A stretch of DNA of 64,000 bases from Octopus vulgaris (GCA_951406725.2 OX597823.1:75020001-75084000); one strand, 5' to 3'; numbered from the stretch's first letter, positions 1 through 12,940 are shown. The notes: generated by a model from the letters alone, not told the origin. Made by a program: numbers and translations.

Positions 1-1160
1 ACTTCATTGGTGTAAAATTGTCCTTGTTCTTGATCAAGATCTGTGACAACTTCCTCTCTCTTTTCAATCAGTCCATTAGCAGGAAAGTCAACATCGTACT
101 TGAAGAATCCACGCACTTCACAGAAGTGATCAAGGATACCCCCATTTAATCCAACCAGATGGTATGTCTAGATGTGATAAATCTGTTCAACAAAGTGCCA
201 ACTGGTGAAGCACTATCGGTGATTCAAGAAAAACTAGTGACAGACATCCATCTAAAAGAACGCACTAGTATATTAATAAGAAAGTTGATGGAAATGACGA
301 CCTTCTGTGTAGAAACTCTCTATTTCAGTATGGACACTGATATATATCGACAAGAAAAGGGTTTCGCTATGGGTTTGCCATTATCACCGATAGTAGGCAA
401 TATATACATGGAATACTTTGAGAATTTAGCTTGAGGATCAACACCATTAAAAACTAACCCTGTGGCTGCGATATGTTGATGACACCTTCATATTCTGGCT
501 TCACCAGGAAGATATCCTGGTGCTGTTAGATCAAGTAAATTCAATAAAACCATCCATACAATTCGTAATGGAAAAAGAAAAAGACAATCAGCTTGCATTC
601 CTGGACGTATTGAAAACACGCACCAAGTATAGATTCAGTACATCCGTATACCACAAGCAGACCTTCACTGGACGATATCTCAACTTCAAATTCCGCCATC
701 CATACAGTATAAAGAAGGTGATTGCTCAGTGCCTAAAACATCGAGCAATGAATAAAAGTAGTGATCGTGATGACGACCACGAAGAAATAAAATAATCAAG
801 CTCAGTAACAAACTATTAAGTAATAACTATCCTAAAAGTATATTCTCCACTCCAATTATGAACGAAAGAGAGGATGAAACCGATAAACTGTCCACAGTCT
901 ATCTACCCTACGTGAAAGGCCTCTCCGAAAAGATGCAAAAGATATGGGGACCATATGACATCAAGACAGTATTCAAAAGTAATACAACACTTCGCAAATA
1001 TCTCCTTCGAGTGAAACCACCAATAGAAGAGAATATGACAAAGAATTGATTGTACTCAATCTCATGCAGCTGTGGTAAATTATACAGAGGCTAAACATCC
1101 CGCCTCATCAAAATAGGGATAGAGGAACAGCGCAAAGCTGTGACATGGGGAGATATTTCG
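1..1160 (+). mobile_element. Degenerate Penelope-like retroelement ORF (reverse transcriptase + GIY-YIG endonuclease)
   Basis: Pieces in order: LDVINLFNKVP; YRQEKGFAMGLPLSPIVGNIYMEYFE; WLRYVDDTFIFW (463-498, YVDD at 472-483); SIQFVMEKEKDNQLAFLDV; TGRYLNF; LPYVKGLSE; LYSISCSCGKLYRG*TSRLIKIGIEEQRK (GIY-YIG, from 1050). Stops and frameshifts present; probably truncated by the window edge. Confidence 0.92.
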
Positions 1161-1379
1161 TTGTCTGTCGATTAATGAGAACTAAAACTAAAAACATCAT
1201 GATTAGGAAGATATAAAATAATGCATCAAGATTTACGAGAAATTTTTCATACGATCAACCAAGCAATTTAACATTTTAAATGGAGCAATATTTTAATTTA
1301 ATCTCTCAGTAATTTTTCTTTATAAGGACGCGCGTACACTCACAATTATGTCTTAAGTATATAGTGTGGGTGTTTGTGC

Positions 1380-1540
1380 ACGTATCAGTGTGTACATAGT
1401 ATTACATACACATTGACACATACACTACATCCATACATATACACAGGCATGTGTGTATGAATACATAGCCACTCATATATATATGAAGGCGCATATATAC
1501 ATACATACACACTAACGTATACACCATATATGTATAAATG

Positions 1541-1627
<87 letters not shown>

Positions 1628-1710
1628 CAGGTACATAAGAATATACAAACATTGCCATACATAGGTGATTATATATACATGCGCGTGTTTCTCTATGTGT
1701 GCATGCATTG
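1380..1710. repeat. Compound (TA)n/(CA)n microsatellite region
   Basis: Dinucleotide tracts read directly. Confidence 0.95.
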
Positions 1711-2679
1711 TCTATAATTCGACATTTTCAATTATCTAGCCGTTGACATTCTCTCATTCAGCCTAGGGAAGTACATCATTATCTCTTCACTTTTTACACT
1801 TACAGACTTTTTATACTTCCTCTCTCACTCCATCACTGTTGTTCTGGGACTCGCTCTCTTTCTTTCTATGGATGCATGCATTTGTATGTTTGTATATTGG
1901 CAGTTAGCTACCTAGCGTACATTAGATTGCACTTCATTAATAACGCTCATCTATGAATACACGGTAAAGAACTGAGATATTGTGAATATAATTCATCAAT
2001 TACATATTGATTTTCCTTATATCTCGCACTATTTTCTCGATATACCTATTCCTTCTCCAACCCTCAGAATACGAATACGCAGAATACGCTATGATCATGC
2101 AAAGCAAAAATTACACTGACTCCTCCACCTACACTGTCGTGATAAAATCTATAAGTGAGGTGGAGCCAACAAAATGCACTAGAGATTCTGATACAAAGAA
2201 ATTATGTCTTGTAATACTAAAATTCGCATTAGGAGTAAATATCTTACTGAATTAACCAAAGCCAGCTTTTGAAGTCATTTTAGTTGTGATCATCCTCTTC
2301 AGATAAACTATCGGATTTCATAAACAGATATTTTTGGCTAAATGTCAACCTGTAAATTGCTAGTTATACTTTCGTGGTATGGTATGAGGTAGGGGAAATA
2401 TTATCGAAAATAATACAAATTTATATGTGCACAGATTTTATTGGCATGAAATCAAAATCGCAACTCAAAACCACACATGTATTTAAATAGTAATGTTTCA
2501 GAATACTATTGAAAGCATGAGTTTTCAGGATTCTATTTTGATATTTTGAAGCAAGACGGTGAGGACTGGAGACATACGATAAGAATATTTAATAAAGTAC
2601 GTGATCTTCATCCTTAAAGTAAGTTTGTGATATCAATAAATTAGGAGTTCCACACATCGACATCATGTATATGTATATA

Positions 2680-2940
2680 ATCACATGATCTGGAGACAGA
2701 CCAGACAATCGAATATTGTTGCATATCTCTGGTTCCAATGCGGTTTGCATCATTTTTATCCTTCGTATGACGTCACTCCGCTAACTATGCGCTCAGGACT
2801 ACATTTCACCTTGGTCGAAAGGAGGTCTAGAGCAACGTAAAGAGAAGCGTTTTGCTCAAAACAACAACGCGCCGTCCAGTCTGGGAATCGAACCCACGAT
2901 CTAGAGATCACTAGTGCAACAACTCAACATCAAGGTCACA
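2680..2940 (-). mobile_element. Degenerate tRNA-derived SINE related to 4891-5220
   Basis: gagcaacg...ttgctcaa.a.acaac and gggaatcgaacc (B-box) align with the 4891-5220 copy. Confidence 0.55.
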
Positions 2941-3224
2941 TACTTTCTAGAATATATGATACAACTAATAAAATATTGATCGTCTAATTTAATACAAATG
3001 GTGAATTAATATTTACCTGACAAATAATCGGTGTCACAAGTCGATATTCACCTGGTTTATGTCCGCATAGCATATAAGATCTTTGTGCTGTTCGTCACTG
3101 TTTACAAATATCTTTCAAATAAGAATTTAATATATTATATAGATATAAATTTTGTTGGTGAATCCGAATTTGTTATTTATATATTCTAGAAAAAATATTT
3201 GGGAAAAAATGTTACAGTTGTTCA

Positions 3225-3891
3225 AAGTTTGATAATTTTCAGAATATTCAGCCAATCAGAAAACAGCGTGTTCACTGCCTCTTCCATCATTAGGCCAGCT
3301 GTAAGTTCATCGGTATGTCAAAACATTAAAATAGCTACAGTAAACGGAAAAACACGAAAACATTCGCGGACATATTAAATATTTGAAAGCTACGAAAAAA
3401 CCAACAGGAGTTGCTAAAAAAAGTCAAAGCATTAAAATATACACGAGCAAAATAAACAGTGAAAACTGAAAAAAAAAAATTAGTGAGCAAATTAAATATT
3501 TTAAAGCTACGAGTAAACCAACAGGAGTTACTAGAATTAACCTTCAAAACATTGTTTAAAACAGGCATTTATTAGTTCAAAAAATCCAAGAACGAAAGTT
3601 TGCAATACGCTCTACGATTTTATAAAATAAATAATCTTTCGCATATGTCCTTCACATAAATTCACAAAGATAAGCGTTAGACATGGAATGGTGCATCCCA
3701 CACCGGCATATGTTTCCAAATTCTAAAGATGCCCAGGTACTCTCAATTTGTTGGTTATTCTAAATTCAATGTCGTGATTACACTCCTTGTGTACATGCGG
3801 GGCTTCTTTGATACATATGGAGAGATTTATTCGCTACGGGGTGTAAAGTAATCGCTTCTTATTGGCTAAAATTACCCGAATTTTGCAAATT
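3225..3891 (-). mobile_element. Non-autonomous DNA element with imperfect inverted ends; possible Crypton (tyrosine recombinase) remnant
   Basis: Ends tcagccaatcagaa (~3248) and ttcttattggctaa (~3856) are inverted. Minus strand 3710-3815 gives frameshifted IKEA..MYTRSVITTL..VPGHL*NLETY, resembling the C-terminal R-x-x-I-T..GH..Y motifs of YR proteins. Internal direct repeat ~3373-3415/3491-3533. Confidence 0.4.
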
Positions 3892-4264
3892 ATACAGGCT
3901 AATCAATTTTTAATTCTGGATTTATAGGAAAAAATAATTTAATTTCCATAATTAGTATACGATGCAATCCATATACCAAATTTGAAAGCAATTGGAACGA
4001 AATTGTAAATAGTGATGAAAACCACAAAGATCCAGCAAATAGTTTGATTGACTTGGAAATATGTTAGGTAAGCATTCAAATTCCAACACAGCCTATACAA
4101 TGCAAGACACATACACTTATTTTTCCAAGCCCTGTATTCCGCGAGCGGTACTTCGAAGTATCCTGAATGGAAGTAATACACTTTTATTTATCCAGTCAAA
4201 ATGTTTAAATCTGTGTATTTCTTGATAATTCAGATTTCATGTTTATGTATAAATATATATATAT

Positions 4265-4850
4265 ACAAATTGAGATAGGGGTTGTAAATGCAACCCTCCA
4301 TGGGATAACATATATCCAATATACTGCTAGTGAAGTACCCAACAGAGTTAATACATAAATGTTAAGAATTGCGATGCAATTAATTCATTTACTGTATTAT
4401 ATGGGCAAAAGTAAAATGTTTTACCACAAATTCATAATACGAAATAAGAAAATGGAGAAATACATCCAAATCAAATATCCGCTACCAGATAATACCCAAT
4501 CACATACCACCACCTAAGAAACTTTAAGGTCAAACATAATAATATAGGACAAAACAGTGTACATTAAGGAGTAATATGATACAATAAGTACAATATGTAT
4601 AAGAGAATATAAATATAAATAAATATAAATATAAATATAAACTACATCTTACAGCTATTTCGGCCATGCAGATAAGTATGTCTCATTTTACTCATATTAA
4701 CCATGTGTGGTAGGTCAAAATGTAGTATTAAATGACACATTTACAAAAATATCCTAAGGCCTCTTCGGAGATTATGAAATACAAACCAAATTACATATAC
4801 ACTTACATAAATGTGGGTACATACCAATAATAAATCATATACATATACAT
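4265..4850 (-). mobile_element. Non-coding element starting at a (TA)n tract and carrying an HHR relic (PLE pseudo-LTR-like)
   Basis: Begins right after (TA)n; contains the HHR motif at 4646-4772; boundaries approximate. Confidence 0.5.
4646..4772 (-). ncRNA. Hammerhead ribozyme-like motif (variant core, long loop II)
   Basis: Minus strand: AUCU-CCGAAGA-GGCC-[96 nt]-GGCC-GAAA-UAGCUG-UA-AGAU; stems I and II pair fully. Confidence 0.65.
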
Positions 4851-4890
4851 ATGAGTGCATATACTCATACTCCTATACATATACATATAT

Positions 4891-5220
4891 CTGGGACCCC
4901 CGTCGGTCATGACACTGACCATGGGATTGCACCTAGAAAGTTACCCTCCTAGACACAAGTCTGGGCAAGGTGGTTTATGGAAGACCATCAGTTGCCCATG
5001 CATACCGGCCTCCCCTCTCCACACCACCAGTGTTATCCAAGGGAAAGGCAAAGGCCGATACAGCTTGGCACCCGTGATGTCGCAACTCATTTCTACAGCT
5101 GAGTGAACTGGAGCAACGTGAAATAAATTGTCTTGCTCAAGAACACAACATGCAGCCCGGTCCGGGATTCGAGCTAACAAACTCACGATCGTAAGCTCGA
5201 TGCTCTAACCACTGAGCCAT
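4891..5220 (-). mobile_element. tRNA-derived SINE (family C, V-domain-like body)
   Basis: Minus strand starts atggctcagtggttagagc (A-box), then ctcgaatccc (B-box), then gtgttcttgagcaagaca. Confidence 0.8.
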
Positions 5221-6069
5221 ACATATATACATACATGATTATATAAACAATATAAATCAATAAGCATATGTTCCATATTCAATGTTACAGTTTTTCAAAT
5301 TAATTTTGTGATATTACAATGTAGAAAACATACACATATTAATACCCAAATGCAGATATACAGAGTCAAGAGTACATTATTTTATTTTATATTAATTTAC
5401 AAAATGTCATTAATGTTAACGTCATTACCATTATCATTACCACTAATGCTACAAATATCATTATTCTTATTAATAACACCAATACTAGCAAAACAATATG
5501 TAGATCCCATTATTAGCGATATAATAGCAAGACTAAGGACCACAATAGTACAATACCATGCAAAGCATTAAATATCTGTATATATATACAAAATAAGAAA
5601 TAAAAGCATTCGGTTTACATGATATTAAGATCCACTGGTGCATAGATGTACAAACGAGTGCAAATTTATAATTTCAATTGTGACACAAATACAGTATTAC
5701 GTTCAGAAATAGTTACGAATCTAGCGCTAAAATATGATTGGCTTGTACATTTAACTTTAAATTACAATTGTCTTCTTTACGGTTGGTTTGTTGAGAAACA
5801 TCCACACACGTACACTTGAAAACGTGCGCCCACATTCACATACACAGACAAATCACAACATAAGATATACCAGTCAACACACACACATGTTTACATACAT
5901 ATCTACTCACATATATCCATAAAAATGCGTACATGCAAGCACACAGACAACTATACCTAGTCGAAGTACGTTATTATCATAAGATACAGGATTAAAATAA
6001 CACCGTATATTTCGTAAACAAATTATCTTGCCACTGAAACTTCTATATCGTTACATTTCTACTAAACCA

Positions 6070-6086
6070 GTGTGTGTGTGTGTATG

Positions 6087-6153
<67 letters not shown>
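6070..6153. repeat. (TG)n microsatellite
   Basis: Read directly. Confidence 0.97.
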
Positions 6154-6155
<2 letters not shown>

Positions 6156-6346
6156 CAATGATTGTTTGTATATATTTGTATACACAGAGTGGAGTATAAA
6201 AGGGTAAATTTATCGTCGTAATCATTTTGAATGCTAAGAGGAAGCATCCGGAGTCTGTTTTCTATACAGGGTTAAGTATAACCAACTCTCATGCTAGAAA
6301 CCGGGGTCTGATCCCCTGTCGTCGAGGCACTTGTATTTTTCTTAAA

Positions 6347-6508
6347 CGCAGATGGAGCTCGGTGGTAAGGTGTTCGCTTCCGAACAACATGGGTTCGGGT
6401 TCAGTCACATTTTATTGCGACTTACGAAAGCATTTTCTACTGCAGGATCTGGCCTATCAGAGCATTGTGAGTCGATTTCGCACAGACAGAAATTAAACGA
6501 CATACACC

Positions 6509-6562
<54 letters not shown>

Positions 6563-6581
6563 GAATTCAACGACATACAAC

Positions 6582-6621
<40 letters not shown>

Positions 6622-6714
6622 CGGGAAGCTTTATGAAAATAGACAAAAGACGAAGGCAGGTGGAAAACAAACAAACAATTGTATTAGTATGGCGCAAATT
6701 CCACGACATACACC

Positions 6715-6760
<46 letters not shown>

Positions 6761-7005
6761 ACCTACACACATAGCTATATCCGTATATATATTCATGTGT
6801 GTATGTTTTTGTGCCATTTTCTTTGTCCTCTACACTGCTCTATAACCTGTGTTAGTGAGTTTGCAATTTAGCATTTCGGCAAACGGGAATAAAAAAATTT
6901 TCAAGTTTTAAGGAAATAAGTACTGGCGGCGATTCGTTGGACTAAAGATCCTCCACGGCCGTGCCCTACAATGGTTGCACTCCAATGCCTGAAACAATTA
7001 TAAGA
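6347..7005 (+). mobile_element. Old copy of SINE family A with an expanded, interrupted internal (TA)n
   Basis: Head cgcagatggagctcggtggtaag..gggttcagtc, body ttgtgagtcgatttcg and tail tgcctgaaaca align with 28906-29310. Confidence 0.65.
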
Positions 7006-7039
7006 TTAAATCTTGTGTGTGTGCGTGTGTGTATATATG

Positions 7040-7240
7040 TTTGTAATCCTCTAAAATATAGGGGTAAAGCATGGAAATTTGGATAAAGGGCAGTCCTGAA
7101 ATCGTACATTAATTTGACCCCGCAATGAAGGAAGGCAACGTCCACCTCAGTGGAATTTGAAATCCCATATATAAAGACGAACGAAATGCCGCTTAGCACA
7201 TTGCTTGCCTTGTTAACAATCGTACTAGCTTGTCACTGTC
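7040..7240 (-). mobile_element. Degenerate SINE family B copy
   Basis: gaaggcaacgtccacctcagtggaatttgaa..gacgaacgaaatgccgct matches the family B body and head. Confidence 0.6.
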
Positions 7241-8784
7241 GAAGTATGTATGTATATATAAAATTAATCTTGAAAGGAAGAAATTAGACATAGTTAAGTG
7301 TATGCATAATTTATTTGTATGATATGGAGATGTTGAAATGTTTAAAAAAAAATAGGAGCTGGAACTGAAACATATAAATAGGTTGTATTACATCTCCCAT
7401 TTTCTTTTTGAGCTTTACAACTTATAACTTATTTGTATAGTAATTGTTTAAAAAAAATGATATCTTCATATCATACTAATAAATTATTCATATATACATG
7501 TGACTCCTTTCTTTTGAGATTAATAATATGTATTACTACAATAATCCCTGACATCGCAGAGACTTGTTCATTATATGATATTGATTGACCTGTAAAACTC
7601 TTTTGATTATAATCCCTAATGTGGATCTAACTTCTTCGAATTTAATGTATATATATATATATATACCATTCTTACCTATACAATTTATTGTAACGGAAAC
7701 TATTATAAGCACTAATATCAAGTTCTAACTATAAGCGAAGCATTTGTGTCTTAATAAATTATTGTGGCAACAAACATCTGCATCAATATATAAACCTACT
7801 TCTGAACATAGATATTTTTCATGATCAACAGGGCTAGTATACGTTTGGGAAAATATCATAGTGAATGACCCTTGTTCTAACTTTCCGTATTTAGTAATTA
7901 TCATCCCACATACTCTTCAGTCTATTTGGATTAGTATTTCTTCTTAAAGAATGGTGTTATTGTTTTTGCTGTCAGGTCGTATCACTGTATAAATGCCCCT
8001 TAATTTACTACCAATTTTCGAGCAATGTAACAAAGCAGTGCAACGAAGCACTTGATTTCATTCTTATAACAAACAATCGTTGGCAACATATTATCGTTTC
8101 TATAAATCTTCGAATCGAAAGAAGGATAGCGGTGTATATCAAATTATTTTACTGACGTATTGACTACGTAACTTTATACGAATTGCTATGCAGCTAATCA
8201 ATATCGATATGCGCAAAATCCAAAAAAGTTTAAGCGGATATGTAATCAAGATTATATACCTTACTTCATGATTAACAATAAAAAGATGCGATCAGAATTT
8301 CACTTATTGCAAAGCGATTGACATAATTGATTACATATAAGTTTCTTACATGTTTACTTCTGAATATGGAATTTGAATTTTCGGTATGATACAAAATCGA
8401 GTGAAACTTGATTTGTTTTTCTCCTTCTAATACTCAATGGAAGAATGTTTAAAGTTTAAAGAAAAAAATCGCCAAGTCATAATGAACAGTATTGGATATA
8501 TTATAAAATAAAAGCTTGCTTATATTTTTCCTATTAAAATTGATATCGTCATATTCTATGCAGTTATATGATATATAATTGTTTCTGTTCGCTGAAAAAT
8601 TCACGATTGATACAACAAACCTCTCACTATGGTCAACTAGCGTGAGTATTTATATAAACTTTTATTGTTTTAAATAGTAGTTTTTGATCAAATGCATAGT
8701 TCCACTTCCTGAAAAGATTATGCGTTCATTCCCCACAGTTTAATGAAATAATCCCTTGCAGCATAAGCATTTGTACAATAGTTA

Positions 8785-9175
8785 CACAGGGTGAAGCAAT
8801 GGGGACGGACTTTTTCCAAATGGTTATTACTCAAAGCCAGTGGGAGGGACATATGTCTGACATGTACCATTCATCCCGTTGTGTGTGTTAGCATGTTTTT
8901 TTTCTCTTCGGGTGAAGCTATGGCACTGTAGATGATAGAGCATCGCCTGCTTGCCTACGACAGTTATGTGAAAAATAATGTGTCTGTCACAGTAGTTCAG
9001 CGTGAGTTTCGGCGCCACTTCAACGTAAGATATTGATAAATCGGGTATAGCTGATCATGTATGGAAAAATGGAGACCACATCCCCCTGTGGGATGAAGTT
9101 AAAATAATAGACAGCTAACATTGATGATTCTGTGAATTTTACAAAAACATTCCGTCCTCTTTGCTCCTTCCTATA
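8785..9175 (+). mobile_element. Internally deleted Tc1/mariner-superfamily element (DUF4817-type HTH) with degenerate TIRs
   Basis: Left end cagggtgaagcaatggggacggactttt resembles the reverse complement of the right end (taggaaggagcaaagaggacggaatgtttt). Coding relic EHRLLAYDSYVKNNVSVTVVQREFRRHFNV (~8938-9027) and an LWDEVK..IDD C-terminal relic. Confidence 0.65.
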
Positions 9176-10181
9176 TGTTATACAAAACTGAAAGATTAAC
9201 ATGCAGTTCATGTGGAACCAAAATGTACTATCATACTTATGTTCAAATCTTTACAACTAAATCTTGCACATGAGCATTTAAAAGCAGCTGTAACCATTTT
9301 ATTTCACGTCATGCGTGTAGCATACTTATTTAAATTTCAAGTATTTATTTGAATGTTTAGAAGATTACGTATGTGTTCGAAATTTGTTCAAAGGAATTAC
9401 ACATAATTATAATTTTAAATGTTTATATTTGAGGTCCTCCTAGTATTCATTTCAGAAATATACTAGGGTATACAAGATAGTTCTGTTTATGAATCGTACA
9501 TTGACGAGTGCAGTTTCGCTGACATTTAAAGCATTTGAAAAATCTTGTAATTGATCGGAATCATTACACCATTAATTCCTTCTCCGGCAAAAACCATATT
9601 TTGTTTTCAACAATTATGATTCCACAAAGCAAAAGAGAATTCAAGAAATTTGTTGGATTAGATTCACTAAGCCCGTCCTCAAGGAAAAATATTTTTTCTT
9701 TGAATCTAAATCAGAATCTATTATCAAATATCAGAGTATAGGTTATGGATTGACATACTTTTGGACGGATACATATCTTGAGGCATTTGATCCAGTTTAT
9801 TTCCTTTATATTTCAAATTCCACCTAGTTTAATTTTGTCGTTTACCATTGTGGTCACAATTAAACAAAAGGACATGCAAGTATTTTTCTTCACAGATTCA
9901 GAAATGTTTGCTAATTGCAGCTGTTCTTAGAGGAATTTAATCTTTTATCATACACGTCAATAACAAATGCAGCAGAGATTGTATATTGAGTTTTAATTTG
10001 GAGACAATTTTATTAACCATAGTCTACATGGCGAAAGTCACCAATCTTTGGTAAGGATTCCCAAGGAGAGCAAGTTTAGACAAATTGAGTCATTTGACTA
10101 AGTTTAGTGTCATTGCTATGTGATATTTCTGGTCTTTTATTTTCGAGTGAATAACCTGGGTTTCTTTGCTTTGGAGTTTCT

Positions 10182-10605
10182 TATTTTTTTATTGAGCACA
10201 AGGTCTAAACATAGAGGGGACACACAAGGACAAAGGGATTAAGTCGATTACATCGACCCCTGTGGGTAAGTGGTACTTAACATATCGACCCCGAAAGGAT
10301 GACTGGCAAAGTCGACCTCGGCGGAATTGGAATTCAGAACGTAGCGGCAGACGAAATACCTATTTCTTTCCTACCCACTAGGGGCTAAACACAGAGACGA
10401 CAAACAAGGACAGAAAAGGGCGGACAAACGGATTAAGTCGATTACATCGACCACAGTGCGTAACTGCAACTTAATTTATCGACCCCGAAAGGTTCAAAGG
10501 CAAAGTTGACCTCGGCGGAATTTGAACTCAGAACGTAACGGCAGACGAAATACCGCTAAGCATTTCGCCCGGCGTGCTAACGGTTCTGCCAGCTCGCCGC
10601 CTTTG
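10182..10605 (-). mobile_element. Dimeric tRNA-derived SINE family B (Deu/Nin-domain-like) with 18-bp TSD
   Basis: Head ggcggcgagctggcagaa..gagttcaaattcc and body ctttgcc..cctttcggggtcgat, with the body duplicated. TSD ctttgctttggagtttct at 10164-10181 and 10606-10623. Confidence 0.9.
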
Positions 10606-11984
10606 CTTTGCTTTGGAGTTTCTGTCAACTGAATAACTAAGATATGTGACACAACCTGTGAAATCTCGATTGTAGTTTTTATTTTTTCAAAATTATTTAC
10701 CAAGAATTACATTTATGAATGGGATACAGAATATTGAACATCTGATTATTGAAATGCGTGTGAAGTATTACAAGAGATGCACCAACGATACCATTACTAT
10801 CGACATTACCTGACATGATTCATTATAAACAATATGAAAACTGATACTATTTTCACGTACAGTCATGAAATTCTTCCGTTTTAAGGAGACATTTTGATTT
10901 GAAAATTAACTGTTCTTCTCCATTGATTGGATGCTATTTCTCTCGGTATATATGTAATTATAGAAATACCTTCACGCCAGCTTTATTATAATGAATCATG
11001 TTTTTAGTGTTTCATTTCTATAGATTTCTTATATGACCAGGCTCAGTTCAATCATTGTTTCGTTATATGAATATATTCAAACAATGTATACCATGTAAAT
11101 GTATGTACTACTGTTTACAATTTTATCTAAAAGTCACGTGTATGCAGCCTGTTCATTCAAATTCAAAATGTTCTCTAAACGCATTGAATAAACGATTCCA
11201 CTAAGAACCAAATGTACGTAATTATAGAAGTATTGGACAATAACTGCTAGCAATTTCAATGATATTTCTAACAAAGTAATGCTATGAAGGAACTAAAAAA
11301 TAGGATTCTTTCAATGTAATAGAAAATAAGATAGTGTTGCATGCGGGCAACTACCAAAGAAATTATGCACTGCTTGAAAAGAAAATTATGTGCATTATGA
11401 TATACATTAGGACATCAACCGCAGGTTTTTGAATTTCAAAATTTATAAACTGATGTATTCAAAAGAAGGAATCGAAGTGAAAATAACTGTGTTTTTATAT
11501 TTACTTCGGGGAAGATATTACCAAAGCACCAGGTTCATATATACAACATTACCGCATATACTTAGCATGTTTACATTCAAGTAGCTTTTAAGATGAAAAA
11601 CAAAACAATGAAAATGGAATTTTACATGAACCGGTTTCTTCTAGAATGTATATATAGAATACAATTTATTTATTGTATATTTCAAGCTTTTTAGTAACAC
11701 TGGCGCAATGCATTCACATACACATACACAGACACATACTAAATTTCAGAATTAACTATTGTAAATACTCACAGTTTACCGATAATAAAAAGAAATAATT
11801 TAAAGTTAGTAAGCAGGTGAAATTAAATGCTGTCTTCTGAAATTTATAAGATTAAAAGTCATAATTTGTTTCCTGGCGCACTTGTATATCTCACATTTTG
11901 GTACAAATGCAGGGTTTTATTTTTTCCCGTTTAAAAATATTGCGCACGCACACGCACACACATGTTTTTTCTTCACTATATGAA

Positions 11985-12643
11985 AGCCGCGTAACACCAG
12001 CTTTCGTCACCGTTGATGACCTTCGAAAAAAGGGCGGGATCATCTTCTAGCTGCTCTTTTAGTTCACGACACAATTTCAGTCGCGATTTCTTTTGATCGT
12101 GCGTGAGCAGGCGTTCCACAAAATTTTCTGCAACGCTTTTCATTCGCAATGCTTTGTTCGGAATTTCAGAATTCTATGTAAGGAGCTCCATGACACACCA
12201 GTCATATCAACAAGTTCTTCAATTGTTCGGTGACGGTCGTCCAAGTTAAGTTCGTCATTTTTCGTGGTGCTTTCATTCGTGCGGGAGGCCGACGATCTCT
12301 TTCAACGAGTTTTATCCTCAAGTGACAAGTGGCCACTCCTAAAACCTGGGAACCGCTCGTAAACTTGTGTTGTGCAAATGATAGCGTCCTTGTAAGTTAT
12401 TTAATGCATGACTACTATTTTGAGTCATCCTTTTTCACAGCAGAAAACAGAATTCCACGGATATATGCTGTTCCTTCTTTTCAGACATCGCGAAAAAAAA
12501 AAAACGAGGAACAGGAGAAAAGCACTGCAAAACAAAGACGCAACACGTGGCGCCAGTCGGCAGACTGATGCCTTAGAGTTGCATCAAGTGGCCACTAGCG
12601 GTGAAACCCTGAACTATAATTGGCTTGTCCGACAAAACGTTAT
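11985..12643 (-). mobile_element. Mariner transposase remnant (HTH to first catalytic Asp)
   Basis: Minus-strand pieces TQVYERFPGFRSGHLSLED; DDRHRTIEELVDMTGVSWSS; LRMKSVAENFVERLLT (WVPxxL-like); ELKEQLEDDP..FSKVINGDESWCY (TGDE motif). Frameshifted. Confidence 0.85.
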
Positions 12644-12903
12644 ACATACATACATACATATATACATATACATATATATATATAATTATATGCGTAAATG
12701 TCGAACGATATATGTGAGTGTATATATAAAAATATATATTTTACAAGCAAACACACACATACGTTTCTACAGCATATATATATATATGTATGTATAAGCT
12801 CATGTATATATACATATATATATATACACCCACGGCACGCATATATATACATGCTAAAGATAGAGAGTGAGTGAGAGAATGAGAGAACATGCCTGAGTGA
12901 CTG

Positions 12904-12940
<37 letters not shown>

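Noticed and set aside
6495-6720. Short repeats with spacers, superficially CRISPR-like (also 38715-38930)
   Set aside because: Eukaryotic context, spacers are mostly (TA)n, spacing is irregular and there are no cas genes.
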